Notes: generated by a model not told the origin, from the letters alone. 64,000 nt of DNA from an uncultured Candidatus Rokubacteria bacterium (GCA_963826115.1 CAWGVS010000010.1:288001-352000); one strand, 5' to 3'. Shown: positions 9,539 to 18,910, counted from the first letter of the stretch. Translations and numbers: made by a program.

Positions 9539-10111
9539 ATGAAGACGAGCGGGACAAGGAGTCGTCGATCGCTGCTGGGGTCAGTGGCCCTGGCCGTTGC
9601 CGTGCTCGTGCCGCCGGTCGCGGCGGACGAGCGGGAGGGACCGAGCGCCCCCGACGTCCGGGCGCTCTTCGAGCGTCTGACTCCCGGGATGACCTCGCGG
9701 CAGGTCGCCGCGTTGGCCGGCGGCCGGCTCCAGGCCGCTTCCGGGTCGGTGACCACCTGGATCCTGTGGAACGCGACGCCCGACGGGAAGGGCATGGCGG
9801 TCCTGCGGGCCGCCTTCCAGGACGGACGCGTCATCCGGATCGAATACGAGTCGTTCGGCGCCGAGTATCGCCGGCTGGTGAAGGGCGCGGATCCTTGGAT
9901 CGAGATCGCGGGGGACGAGCTCGCGCGGATCTGGCGGCGGTCCTGGCAGGTTGATCAGGCGGCCGACAGCTGTCACCTTGCGCTCGACGCGTATCACCAC
10001 GTGGTGCTGGGCGCCCAGGAGCGCCTGACGTTCGACGAGCAGCGCGAGTGGGCGCGCGCGCTCCAGCTCCGGCAGGAAGCGGAGCGGCGCTTCCTGCCCG
10101 TCGCCCCCTAG
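9539..10111 (+). CDS. Hypothetical exported protein (Tat-like signal; SmpA/BamE-like repeat motif)
   Basis: GGAGGAGG before ATG 9539; SRRSLL plus a hydrophobic stretch; FERLTPGMTSRQVAALAG. Confidence 0.65.
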   Translation: MKTSGTRSRRSLLGSVALAVAVLVPPVAADEREGPSAPDVRALFERLTPGMTSRQVAALAGGRLQAASGSVTTWILWNATPDGKGMAVLRAAFQDGRVIRIEYESFGAEYRRLVKGADPWIEIAGDELARIWRRSWQVDQAADSCHLALDAYHHVVLGAQERLTFDEQREWARALQLRQEAERRFLPVAP

Positions 10112-10118
10112 AGCCGTC

Positions 10119-11375
10119 GTGAAGATCGCCGCGATCCGTCTCCACCTCGTGGAGTGCCGGTTGCCCGAGCCCCAGGGCAACGCGACCCGGTTCATCGACC
10201 GGCGCGCCGCGCTCCTGGTCGAGGTGCGGAGCGACGACGGGGTCGGCGGCTGGGGCGAGACGTGGCACTCGCCGCTGGCGGCCTGGACCATCATCGAGAC
10301 GACACTCGCGCCGGCGATCCTCGGCCAGGATCCAATGGAATACCACCGGCTCTGGGCCGCGATGCACGAGCGCCTCGGCTACGAGCGCCAGGGACCCGGT
10401 CTCATGGCGCTGTCGGCCGTGGACATGGCGCTCTGGGACCTGCGCGGCCGCGCGCTCGGCCAGCCGATCTGCCGGCTCCTCGGCGGGCCGGTGCGCACCC
10501 GGGTGCCCGCGTACGCGAGCGGGCCGTACCTCCGGCCGGGCCGGGATCCCTACCGTGCGTACCGGCGCGAGGCCGAGCGCTTCATCGCCCCCGGATTCCG
10601 GGCCCTGAAGATGAAGGTGGGCGTCGATCCCGCCACCGACGGGCGCGCCGCCAGCGCGGTGCGGAAGGTCGTCGGGCCCGACATCATCCTGCTCGCGGAC
10701 GCGAACCAGGGCTACACGGTCCGGCCCGCGATCGAGACCGGCCGCCAGCTGGAGGCCGAGGGCTTCGCGTGGCTGGAGGAGCCGGTGGCGCCGGACGACG
10801 TCGAGGGGTACGCCCACGTGGCCGGCGCCCTCGGGCTGGCCGTCGTGGGCGGCGAGGCGCTCGGCGGGATCCGCGCGTTCCGGTCCTTCTTCGAGCGGAA
10901 CGCCCTCGACGCCGCGCAGCCGGACCTCGCGATCGCGGGCGGGTTCACCGAGGTGGCGCGGGTGGCCGCCCTGGCCGCGGCCTGGGAGGTGCCGGTCGTG
11001 CCCCATGTGTGGGGCACGGCGGTGAACTTCTACGCGTCGCTCCAGCTGTGCGCGGTGCTGCCCGGCTACCGGAGCCACACCGCCATGCCGTACCCGTGGT
11101 TCGAGTACGATCAGTCCCCCAACCCGCTGCGGGAGCTCTGGGGGACGCCGGCGGTCGGCCCGGACGGCATGGTCGAGGTCCCCCAGGGACCGGGGCTCGG
11201 GATCGACGTCGACCCGGCGCGCGTTCGCGCCGTACCTCCTGCGGCGCGCCGAGGTCAGCCCCGAGTGACGTCGTGGAGAGCGGCGACGAAGCGCTCGTCG
11301 CCCTCGGGCGTCACGAGCAGCGGCCGACCGGTGCGGAGGCGCACCAGCACGACGCGATCAGTGCGCGAGACGTAG
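10119..11375 (+). CDS. Mandelate racemase/muconate lactonising enzyme family protein (true end probably 11268, see findings)
   Basis: GWGE, SAVDMALWDL, KMKVG, DANQ, EEP, GE, QPD, PHVWG, EYD, PGLG. Confidence 0.9.
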   Translation: MKIAAIRLHLVECRLPEPQGNATRFIDRRAALLVEVRSDDGVGGWGETWHSPLAAWTIIETTLAPAILGQDPMEYHRLWAAMHERLGYERQGPGLMALSAVDMALWDLRGRALGQPICRLLGGPVRTRVPAYASGPYLRPGRDPYRAYRREAERFIAPGFRALKMKVGVDPATDGRAASAVRKVVGPDIILLADANQGYTVRPAIETGRQLEAEGFAWLEEPVAPDDVEGYAHVAGALGLAVVGGEALGGIRAFRSFFERNALDAAQPDLAIAGGFTEVARVAALAAAWEVPVVPHVWGTAVNFYASLQLCAVLPGYRSHTAMPYPWFEYDQSPNPLRELWGTPAVGPDGMVEVPQGPGLGIDVDPARVRAVPPAARRGQPRVTSWRAATKRSSPSGVTSSGRPVRRRTSTTRSVRET

Positions 11376-11761
11376 AGCCCGAGCAGGCCCTTCGAGGTGT
11401 AGAGCCACCCGAAGCCGCCCCACAGCCCGCCGGCCCCGATCCGCATTCCCCAGCCGAAGTCGCGGCGAAGCGCCTCGCGCGAGAGCACGACGGCCTCGGC
11501 GATCTCGCGAGCCGGAATCGTCCGGACCCGCAGAGGCCACACGATGCGCAAGCCGCTCCGGTCCACCTCGAACGCCGTCGGCCGCCAGAGGAGCCACACC
11601 GACGCGTAGATGATGATGACCAGGACCGAGACGACCAGGAGCACGCCGCGCACCGGTTCTCGCCCCAGGATGGCGCCCAGGACCAGCCCGAGCGGCGCGA
11701 CCCCGGCGATCGCCGTCAGGACGCGGATGTCCCCCGACATCGGCGCGAGCGGGAACCGCAT
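11255..11761 (-). CDS. Bacterial PH-domain membrane protein
   Basis: Two TM helices, then RIGAGGLWGGFGW...LLVTPE, which is typical of bPH domains; ATG at 11761. Confidence 0.7.
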   Translation of the reverse strand: MRFPLAPMSGDIRVLTAIAGVAPLGLVLGAILGREPVRGVLLVVSVLVIIIYASVWLLWRPTAFEVDRSGLRIVWPLRVRTIPAREIAEAVVLSREALRRDFGWGMRIGAGGLWGGFGWLYTSKGLLGLYVSRTDRVVLVRLRTGRPLLVTPEGDERFVAALHDVTRG

Positions 11762-11885
11762 GACTGGCGTGGACGACCCTCCGGAGCGTACGGTCGAGCT
11801 CGCTTTACCTCGGGCCAGGGCCCCCGGAAGAACAGCACCCGCCCGTGGGCCCGTCAAGGCCGTCGGCGGCGCGACGCGCGGCGGC

Positions 11886-11915
11886 TTGTCACCGGGTGTG
11901 CGCCCGGTCTACCAT
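11886..11915 (+). promoter_or_regulatory. sigma70-like promoter with a palindromic spacer upstream of the SBP gene
   Basis: TTGTCA-18 nt-TACCAT; ACCGGG-N6-CCCGGT inverted repeat at 11891-11908. Confidence 0.5.
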
Positions 11916-12029
11916 CCAGGTCACCCGGGGCGCTCGTCGAGGCCGGACAGCCGGCCACGCCACGGGATGGTCGGGACAGAGCGCGCCGCGTTCTCGGCGC
12001 ACGACAGACACTCACCAGGAGGGCCGCGA

Positions 12030-13631
12030 ATGGCACGGGACATGTCACGCTCGCATCGAGGGATCGGTCGGCGCTCGTTCCTGGGCGGGAGCCTGGCGCT
12101 GGGTGGCGGCCTCGTGGGCCTGGACCTCTCCAGGGCTCACCTCGTCTCCGCGCAGACGCCGAAGCGGGGCGGGACGCTCACCGCGGCCGCCGAGATCGAT
12201 CCGATCGGTCTCGACCCGCACAACAGCTCGAACTTCTCGTCCTGCCAGGCGTACGACCACTTCTACGAGAGCCTCACGTCGTACGACGAGAAGACCAACA
12301 TCGTGCCGTGTCTCGCCACCAGCTGGGAGATCACGAACGGCGGGAAGACCTACACGTTCAAGCTCCGCCCGAACGTCAAGTTCCACAACGGTCAGACGAT
12401 GACCGCCGACGACGTGAAGTACAGCGTCGAGCGCGTGCTCGACCCGAAGACGGCGTCCCCGTGGATCTCCTGGCTGACGTCGATCAAGGAGGTCAAGGTC
12501 ATCGACCCCTTGACCGTCCAGATGAATCTCGATGCCCCCTATCCGCTCCTCGGCTCGTTCGCGGGGCTCCGGGCGTCGGCGATCATCCCCAAGGGCATCG
12601 CCGAGCAGGAGAACCTCAAGATCAAGGGGATCGGGACCGGCCCGTTCAAGCTCGTCGAGTACGTGCCCCAGGACCGGATCGTCTACGCGCGCCACACGGA
12701 CTACTGGGACAAGTCGCTCCCGTACCTCGACGGGATGGTCTTCAAGGTGCTGACGGAGGAGAACGCCCGGATCGCCGCCCTCAAGGCCGGCCAGATCCAG
12801 TACGCCTTCTTCTCCGGCCAGGGTGCGGCGCAGCTCGAAGGCGCTCCGGGGATCACGGTCGCCAAGAGCCCGACGGCCTGGGTCGTCGTCCACTACATCA
12901 ACCGGCGGAACAAGCCCTTGAGCGACGCGCGCGTCCGCCGCGCCTTGCGGATGGCCGTCGACACCAACGAGGTGATCCAGAAGGCCGCGTTCGGCGCCGC
13001 GGTGCCCTCGGGCCCCGTGCCCACGGGCTACGGCGAATGGTACGTCGACCAGAAGAACCTACCGTTCGTGAAGGCCGACGTCGAGGGCGCCAAGAAGCTC
13101 CTGGCCGAGGCCGGGTACCCCAACGGCGGCTTCAAGATCGAGATCAAGTGCTCGCCTCAGTACCCGGAGTTCGTCGCCACGACGCTCGTGATCCAGGAGT
13201 CGCTCAAGAAGCTCAACGTCGACGTCACCGTGACCCAGATGGAGTGGGGCGCGTTCGTGGCCGACAACAAGAAGTCGAACGTCAGCTGCGGCAAGGAAGG
13301 CACGGACATCTACTCGTCCGCCAACACGTTCCGCCCCGACCCGGACGGGTACCTCTACCCGTACTTCCACTCGAAGGGCGAGATCAACAAGGGCGGCTGC
13401 GACACGCCGGACCCGAAGCTCGACGCCCTGCTCGTCGAGGCGCGCCAGTCGAGCAACCCGGCGGAGCGGAAGCGCCTCTACCAGGAGATCCAGCGCCACG
13501 CGATGCAAGAATCCCTCGACTGGTGGTGGTACGCGAAGTACAACATCGAGGGTGTGTCGAGCAAGCTCCAGGGCTACTCGCAGTCGTTCACCGGCCGCCG
13601 GCTCTTCATGAAGAAGGCCTGGCTCGCCTAG
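12030..13631 (+). CDS. ABC transporter substrate-binding protein, family 5 (Tat signal)
   Basis: AGGAGG then ATG 12030; GRRSFL twin-Arg motif; LRPNVKFHNG, GTGPFKL, DARVRRAL. Confidence 0.92.
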   Translation: MARDMSRSHRGIGRRSFLGGSLALGGGLVGLDLSRAHLVSAQTPKRGGTLTAAAEIDPIGLDPHNSSNFSSCQAYDHFYESLTSYDEKTNIVPCLATSWEITNGGKTYTFKLRPNVKFHNGQTMTADDVKYSVERVLDPKTASPWISWLTSIKEVKVIDPLTVQMNLDAPYPLLGSFAGLRASAIIPKGIAEQENLKIKGIGTGPFKLVEYVPQDRIVYARHTDYWDKSLPYLDGMVFKVLTEENARIAALKAGQIQYAFFSGQGAAQLEGAPGITVAKSPTAWVVVHYINRRNKPLSDARVRRALRMAVDTNEVIQKAAFGAAVPSGPVPTGYGEWYVDQKNLPFVKADVEGAKKLLAEAGYPNGGFKIEIKCSPQYPEFVATTLVIQESLKKLNVDVTVTQMEWGAFVADNKKSNVSCGKEGTDIYSSANTFRPDPDGYLYPYFHSKGEINKGGCDTPDPKLDALLVEARQSSNPAERKRLYQEIQRHAMQESLDWWWYAKYNIEGVSSKLQGYSQSFTGRRLFMKKAWLA

Positions 13632-13633
13632 GT

Positions 13634-13758
13634 AAGCACGTCGGCGTGCTTCGGGGCTGCCGTCCCGGGGGGAGGCAGGCCCCGAAGCGTTCGCCGAGAG
13701 GCGAACGCCGCGGCTTTGCCGCGGGGGCCGTCGGAAGGGGGGCGGAGCCCCCCTCCGA
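13634..13758. repeat. Chain of five GC-rich hairpins (REP/BIME-like or structured RNA) between the SBP and permease genes
   Basis: AAGCACG/CGTGCTT; GCTTCGGGG-CTGCC...GGCAG-CCCCGAAGC; GCGTTCGCC-GAGA-GGCGAACGC; CCGCGGC-TTT-GCCGCGG; TCGGA(A)GGGGGGC-GGA-GCCCCCCTCCGA. Confidence 0.7.
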
Positions 13759-13764
13759 GTAAAG

Positions 13765-14712
13765 ATGCGCTACCTCGCGCGGCGCGCGGTCTGGACCCTC
13801 GTCGCCGTCCTCGGCGTCTCGGTCCTCATCTTCTTCCTGGTCCGCCTCCTGCCCGGCAACATCGTCGACATCATCGCGGGCACCGAGGGCCAGCTGAGCA
13901 AGGCGCAGCGCGCGGCCGTGCTGAAGGAGTTCGGCCTCGACCAGCCGCTGCCGGTCCAGTACCTCCGGTGGATCGGCAACATGCTCCGCGGGAACTTCGG
14001 CTGGTCGTTCCGCACCGGCCAGCCGGTCGCGGCGCTCATCGTCTCGCGGCTGCCGATCACGATCGAGCTCGCCCTCCTCGCGGTTGTGAGCGTGGCGCTC
14101 GTGGCCATCCCGTTTGGCGTGGCGGCCAGCGTCTCGCGGAGCGCGCGCGTGCGCACGCTGGTGCAGATCATCGGGGTTCTCGGGCTGTCCCTGCCGAACT
14201 TCTGGATCGCGATCCTGCTCATCATCGGGGCGTCGTCGCTCTTCGGGTGGCTGCCGGCCCTCATCTACGTCACCCCGTGGGCGGACCCGTGGGTGAACCT
14301 CCAGCAGATGTTCCTGCCCGTGCTGTCTCTCGGGCTCGGGCTCTCGGCCGTCGTCATGCGCATGACCCGGTCCTCGATGCTCGAGGTGTTGAGCCAGGAC
14401 TTCATCCGGGTGGCCCGCGCCAAGGGGCTGGCGACGCGGACGGTGCTCCTGCGTCACGCGCTCCGGAATGCGCTCGTGCCGATCGTCACGGTGCTCGGCC
14501 TCCAGATGGGCTTCCTCCTGGGCGGGGTGGTGATCACCGAGCAGATCTTCGGTCTGCCGGGCCTCGGCTGGACCCTGCTGAACGGCGTCTACCAGCGCGA
14601 CTATCCGGTGGTGCAGGGGACCGTGATGGTCTTCGCCGTCACCTTCGTCCTGGTGAACCTCCTCGTGGATCTCCTCTACACGTACCTCGACCCCCGCATC
14701 CGCTATGAGTGA
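13765..14712 (+). CDS. ABC peptide/nickel transporter permease (DppB-like)
   Basis: RSSMLEVLSQDFIRVARAKGL EAA region, RDYPVVQG, DPRIR. Confidence 0.93.
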   Translation: MRYLARRAVWTLVAVLGVSVLIFFLVRLLPGNIVDIIAGTEGQLSKAQRAAVLKEFGLDQPLPVQYLRWIGNMLRGNFGWSFRTGQPVAALIVSRLPITIELALLAVVSVALVAIPFGVAASVSRSARVRTLVQIIGVLGLSLPNFWIAILLIIGASSLFGWLPALIYVTPWADPWVNLQQMFLPVLSLGLGLSAVVMRMTRSSMLEVLSQDFIRVARAKGLATRTVLLRHALRNALVPIVTVLGLQMGFLLGGVVITEQIFGLPGLGWTLLNGVYQRDYPVVQGTVMVFAVTFVLVNLLVDLLYTYLDPRIRYE

Positions 14713-15598
14713 CGCGGGGGCCGCCCCGGGCGTCGTCGCGCTGCCCCGCGGCCTGGACCCGGCGCGCGCCGCGCGGGCCCGGTGGCGCCGCAGCGTGACC
14801 CCGGTCGCCCTCATCGGCGCGACGCTGGTGGGGCTCGTCGTCGTCGTCGCGATCGCCGCGCCGGTGCTGGCGCCCTATCCGCCGGCCGCGCAGATCGCCA
14901 AGCCGCTCTTGCCCCCCGGGTCGACGTACCTCCTCGGGACCGACGAGTTCGGGCGCGACGAGCTGAGCCGCCTGATCTGGGGGGCGCGCGTGTCCCTCTA
15001 CGTGGGCGGGCTCGCGGTCCTCATCGCGCTCGCGCTCGGCGCCACCGCGGGCGTGGTGGCGGGATTCTTCGGCGGCTGGGTCGATGACGTCATCATGCGC
15101 GTCATGGACGTCGTGCTGTCGCTGCCGGCGCTCGTCCTCGCGATCGCCATCACCAGCGTGCTCGGCCCGACCCTGACCAACGCGATGCTCGCGATCGGCC
15201 TCGTGTACGCGCCGACCTTCGCGCGCGTGGCGCGCGGGCCGACCCTGACGGTCGTACGGGTGCCGTTCATCGAGGCGGCCCGCTCGATCGGCGCGTCGAA
15301 CTGGCGGATCATCGCGCGGCACGTCCTGCCGAACGTGATGGCGCCGATCCTGGTCCAGACGACGGTCTCGTTCTCGACCGCCATCCTCACCGAGGCCGCG
15401 CTGTCCTTCCTCGGGCTCGGCACGCAGCCGCCCACCGCCTCCTGGGGGCTCATGCTGAGCGCCGCGCGGCAGTACATGCTGATCCACCCGTGGATCGCCG
15501 TGCTGCCGGGGTCGGCGATCGCGGTGACCGTGCTGGGCTTCAATCTCCTGGGCGACGGCCTTCGCGACCTGCTCGACCCGCGGATGCGGGCCCTCTGA
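14705..15598 (+). CDS. ABC peptide/nickel transporter permease (DppC-like)
   Basis: LGTDEFGRD, FIEAARSIGA, HVLPN, GDGLRDLLDPR. Confidence 0.93.
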   Translation: MSDAGAAPGVVALPRGLDPARAARARWRRSVTPVALIGATLVGLVVVVAIAAPVLAPYPPAAQIAKPLLPPGSTYLLGTDEFGRDELSRLIWGARVSLYVGGLAVLIALALGATAGVVAGFFGGWVDDVIMRVMDVVLSLPALVLAIAITSVLGPTLTNAMLAIGLVYAPTFARVARGPTLTVVRVPFIEAARSIGASNWRIIARHVLPNVMAPILVQTTVSFSTAILTEAALSFLGLGTQPPTASWGLMLSAARQYMLIHPWIAVLPGSAIAVTVLGFNLLGDGLRDLLDPRMRAL

Positions 15599-15625
15599 TC
15601 CGGCGCCCGGCCCGCCGGCTGTCGC

Positions 15626-16831
15626 TCAGGCGGCGCGCGGCGTCGACTCGGGCACCCGGACCCAGGGGACCAGGAGCCAGCAGGCCGCGGTCGTGGCCGC
15701 GCTGATGGCGATGAGCCAGGAGAGCCCGACCCAGTCGTAGAGCTGGCCGCCCAGCCACTGTCCGCCCGTCGTCCCGAGGTTCATGACCGACATGAGGGCG
15801 GCGAAGAAGGTGCCCTCGGCATGGCTCGGGACGGCCCGGGCCGCCAGGTCGAGGGTCGCCAGGAGCGCGATCGCGGTCACGAAGCTGACGGTGACGCTCA
15901 GCGCGACCGCCGACCACCAGCCGACGAGGCCGTAGTAGGCGAGGGTCCCGGCGACGCCGATCCCGATGGCCAGGTTCAGGAGCGACCGCGGCGCGAGCCG
16001 CAGCGCGTAGCGGCCGAAGACGATGGCGCCCAGCATCGCGGCGCCGTTCGACAGGCTCGACAGCACGCCGAGCTGGATCTTCGTGACCCCGAGGACGTCC
16101 ACCATGTGGTACTCGAGCGGAACGCCGAACGACGGGCTGAAGTTCCAGAGGAAGATGAACGCCGCAGCCCGCCAGAGCGGCCCGGAGCCGAGGCCCGATC
16201 GGAGCGCGGCCAGTGTCTGGCGCACCGTGGCGCGGTCGAAGCGCGTCCGGGTGTCGCGTACCGCCCAGACGGACACGGCGAGCGACAGCACCGGGAACAG
16301 CGCGACGAGGAGGAAGACCCGGTTGTACGCGACGTGGGCCGCGAGGTAGCCGCCCCCGACGCCGGCCAGGACGCTCGCCCCGTAGACGGCCGCCCACTGG
16401 ATCGACTGGAAGCGGCCGGTGAGGCCGCGGGCCTTGCCCTCCTCCACCATGACCGCATCGCAGAGCACGTCGGTGAACGCGAGGCCCAGGCCCGTCAGTC
16501 CGAGGATCGCGAGCGTGAGCCCCCAGGGATGCGCGGGGAGGAGACCGAGCGCGAGCCACCCGAGCGCCGCCATCGCCGTCGTCACGAGCAGGTAGGACCG
16601 CCGCCGGTAGCCGAGGAGAGGGACCAGGTCCGAGAGGAGCCCGTAGAGCGGCTTCACGTTCCAGGCGAAGCCGACGAGCGCGAGGAACGTGGCCGTCTCG
16701 GCCGCGCCGAGCCGCATCTCGTCCTTGAGCAGGAAGAAGATGGGCGTGGTCGCGAGGCCGGCGTTCGGCTCCGCCACGCCCTGGACGGCGTAGACGGTCG
16801 CGAAGAAGACGAGGAGGCGCCGGAGCGGCGT
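15626..16831 (-). CDS. MFS transporter, folate-biopterin (BT1)-like; first canonical start is 16777 but coding-like sequence extends upstream
   Basis: [40 protein letters not shown]; in-frame upstream [16 protein letters not shown]. Confidence 0.8.
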   Translation of the reverse strand, partial: TPLRRLLVFFATVYAVQGVAEPNAGLATTPIFFLLKDEMRLGAAETATFLALVGFAWNVKPLYGLLSDLVPLLGYRRRSYLLVTTAMAALGWLALGLLPAHPWGLTLAILGLTGLGLAFTDVLCDAVMVEEGKARGLTGRFQSIQWAAVYGASVLAGVGGGYLAAHVAYNRVFLLVALFPVLSLAVSVWAVRDTRTRFDRATVRQTLAALRSGLGSGPLWRAAAFIFLWNFSPSFGVPLEYHMVDVLGVTKIQLGVLSSLSNGAAMLGAIVFGRYALRLAPRSLLNLAIGIGVAGTLAYYGLVGWWSAVALSVTVSFVTAIALLATLDLAARAVPSHAEGTFFAALMSVMNLGTTGGQWLGGQLYDWVGLSWLIAISAATTAACWLLVPWVRVPESTPRAA

Positions 16832-16865
16832 CGGGCGGTCCGACCCGCCTACGGACGGTCCGGGG

Positions 16866-17255
16866 TTAGCAGCGGACGACGAGGTCGATCTCGACCAGCG
16901 CGCCGAGGGCGAGCCCCGTCACGCCGACGCAGGTGCGACCGGGCAGCCGCCCGGGCGCGAAGTAGCTCGCGTAGACGGCGTTCATCGCCGCGTAGTCGGC
17001 GAAGTTGACGAGGTACACGCGCGCGAACGCGACGCGCGCCAGGCTCGAGCCCGCGCCGGCCAGGACCGTCTGGAGATTGCGCATCACCTGGTGGGTCTGT
17101 TCCGTGATGCCGCCCTCGACGAGCTTGCCGGTCGTCGGATCGGCGGGCATCTGCCCGGTCACGAAGAGGAACTCGCCGGCGCGCACCGCGTGACTGTACG
17201 GCGCCGTGGGCGGCGGCGGGGGCGCGCCCGGCACCATGAGGAACTCCAGGTCCAT
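16866..17255 (-). CDS. RidA/YjgF/UK114 family protein
   Basis: [34 protein letters not shown]. Confidence 0.92.
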   Translation of the reverse strand: MDLEFLMVPGAPPPPPTAPYSHAVRAGEFLFVTGQMPADPTTGKLVEGGITEQTHQVMRNLQTVLAGAGSSLARVAFARVYLVNFADYAAMNAVYASYFAPGRLPGRTCVGVTGLALGALVEIDLVVRC

Positions 17256-17263
17256 GGCGACCC

Positions 17264-17350
17264 AGGATGGGCCCGCCTCCGAGAACGTGTCAAGGCGCGC
17301 CGTCCGCGCGGCGCGCCTCGCTTGACTTCATCCGGGCCGTGGAGGAGAGT
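17264..17350. promoter_or_regulatory. Back-to-back sigma70-like promoters for the RidA (-) and LLM (+) genes
   Basis: Minus: TTGACA(17293-17288)-18-CATCCT. Plus: TTGACT(17322-17327)-17-GAGAGT. Confidence 0.45.
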
Positions 17351-17381
17351 CGGCGCGCGCGGAGCGCGAAAGGGGGCCGTG

Positions 17382-18410
17382 ATGCGGCTGGGACTCGCCC
17401 TGGGATACACGGGGGCGCAGGTGCGCCTCGACGCCCAGGCCGTGCAGGACGCCGAGCGTCTCGGCTACCACTCGGTCTGGACCGCGGAGGCGTACGGCTC
17501 GGACGCCGTCGTGCCGCTCGCGTGGCTCGGCGCCGTGACCTACCGGATCCGCCTGGGCACCGCGATCCTCCAGATGGCCGCGCGGACGCCGGCGATGACC
17601 GCGATGACGGCGATGACCCTCGACGCCCTGTCGGGCGGGCGCGCGCTCCTCGGCCTCGGCGTGTCCGGGCCCCAGGTGGTCGAGGGCTGGCACGGGCAGC
17701 CGTTCGGCAAGCCGCTCGGCCGGACGCGCGAGTATGTGTCGATCGTGCGCGCGATCCTGGCGCGCGAGCGCCCCCTCGAGCACGCCGGCGAGTACTACCA
17801 GATCCCGTATCGCGGCCCCGGCGCCACCGGGCTCGGCAAGCCGCTCCGGAGCATTGTGCACGGGCGGGCGGACCTGCCGATCTACCTGGCCGCGATCGGA
17901 CCGCGAAACGTCGCGCTGGCCGCGGAGATCGCGGACGGCTGGCTGCCGGTCTTCTACTCGCCCGCCCGCGCGGGCCTCTTCCAGGCCGCGCTCGCCGAGG
18001 GCTTCGCCCGCGCGGGGGCGCCCGGCAAGCGCGAGCGCTTCGACGTGGCGCCGATGGCCCCGGTCGTCGTCGGCCCGAACGTGGACGCGTGCCGCGCCCA
18101 CGTGAAGCCGCGACTCGCGCTCTACGTCGGGGGCATGGGCGCGCGGGGCCGGAACTTCTACTTCGACCTTGCCTGCCGCTACGGCTACGAGGCGGAGGCC
18201 GCCCGCATCCAGGAGCTCTACCTGGCGGGACGCCGGCCCGAGGCGGAGGCGGCGGTTCCGGATGCGCTGGTCGACGAGGTCGCTCTCTGCGGGCCGCCGG
18301 CGCGGATCCGGGAGCGGCTCGCGACGTGGCGGGACGCGGGGGTCACCACGCTGATCTGCGGGACGTCCCAGTCCGAGGCGATCCGCCTCATGGCCGAGCT
18401 GGTGCTCTAG
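17382..18410 (+). CDS. LLM class F420-dependent oxidoreductase
   Basis: [54 protein letters not shown]. Confidence 0.9.
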   Translation: MRLGLALGYTGAQVRLDAQAVQDAERLGYHSVWTAEAYGSDAVVPLAWLGAVTYRIRLGTAILQMAARTPAMTAMTAMTLDALSGGRALLGLGVSGPQVVEGWHGQPFGKPLGRTREYVSIVRAILARERPLEHAGEYYQIPYRGPGATGLGKPLRSIVHGRADLPIYLAAIGPRNVALAAEIADGWLPVFYSPARAGLFQAALAEGFARAGAPGKRERFDVAPMAPVVVGPNVDACRAHVKPRLALYVGGMGARGRNFYFDLACRYGYEAEAARIQELYLAGRRPEAEAAVPDALVDEVALCGPPARIRERLATWRDAGVTTLICGTSQSEAIRLMAELVL

Positions 18411-18473
18411 AGGTCCCGCGGCAGGCCGGGGCGGGGCGGACGCTTCCACCCCGCGCCCGAGCCGCGGCGCCGC

Positions 18474-18869
18474 TCAGAAGAGGCGGCGCGCTTCCTGGAA
18501 GTCCCGGTCCCGCTGAAGCTCGCCGTCGAGGGCCTCGAGCGCCGACTTCGCCGACGCCGTGTTGCCCCCGATCGCGATCTGCTGCACGAGGTTTTGGGCG
18601 CGCTCGCCCCACGCGCGGGCCTTGGCCGCGTAGGACCAGGGATCCGGGTGGGTGAGCTTGCTGCGCTGGATCTCGTCGCGGAGGCGCTCGGCGCGCTCGC
18701 CGAGGTCCGCACCGGAGGGAGCCGGCGCCGGGCGAGCGGGCGCGGCCGGTCGCTTCGCCGCCGCCTTGACCGGCGCCTTCTTGGCCGCCTTGGGGGCGGG
18801 TCGCGGAGCCGCCTTGGGAGTCTTCGCCGCCTTCTTGTCTGCCGCGCGCTTCGCTGCCTTCTTTGCCAC
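18474..18869 (-). CDS. Histone-H1-like Lys/Ala/Pro-rich protein with an unknown C-terminal helical domain
   Basis: GAGGAGG then GTG 18869; AKKAAKRAADKKAAKTPKAAPRPAPKAAKK... followed by SKLTHPDPWSY...DRDFQEARRLF. Confidence 0.75.
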   Translation of the reverse strand: MAKKAAKRAADKKAAKTPKAAPRPAPKAAKKAPVKAAAKRPAAPARPAPAPSGADLGERAERLRDEIQRSKLTHPDPWSYAAKARAWGERAQNLVQQIAIGGNTASAKSALEALDGELQRDRDFQEARRLF

Positions 18870-18910
18870 GGTCCCGTCGTCCTCCTCGTGTCGCGTCGGT
18901 GGGTGAGAAG

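Noticed and set aside
13634-13758. tRNA, riboswitch or intrinsic terminator interpretation of the hairpin chain
   Set aside because: There is no cloverleaf/TpsiC motif, no recognisable aptamer consensus and no U-tract; kept as a REP-like or structured element.
10154-13762. 1202-aa plus-strand ORF and similar giant Arg/Pro/Gly-rich ORFs (3676..5928, 20144..23101, 22137..24962, 56172..59156, 59101..62193)
   Set aside because: These are off-frame or antisense shadows of well-supported genes; stop codons are scarce at this GC and the ORFs carry no motifs.
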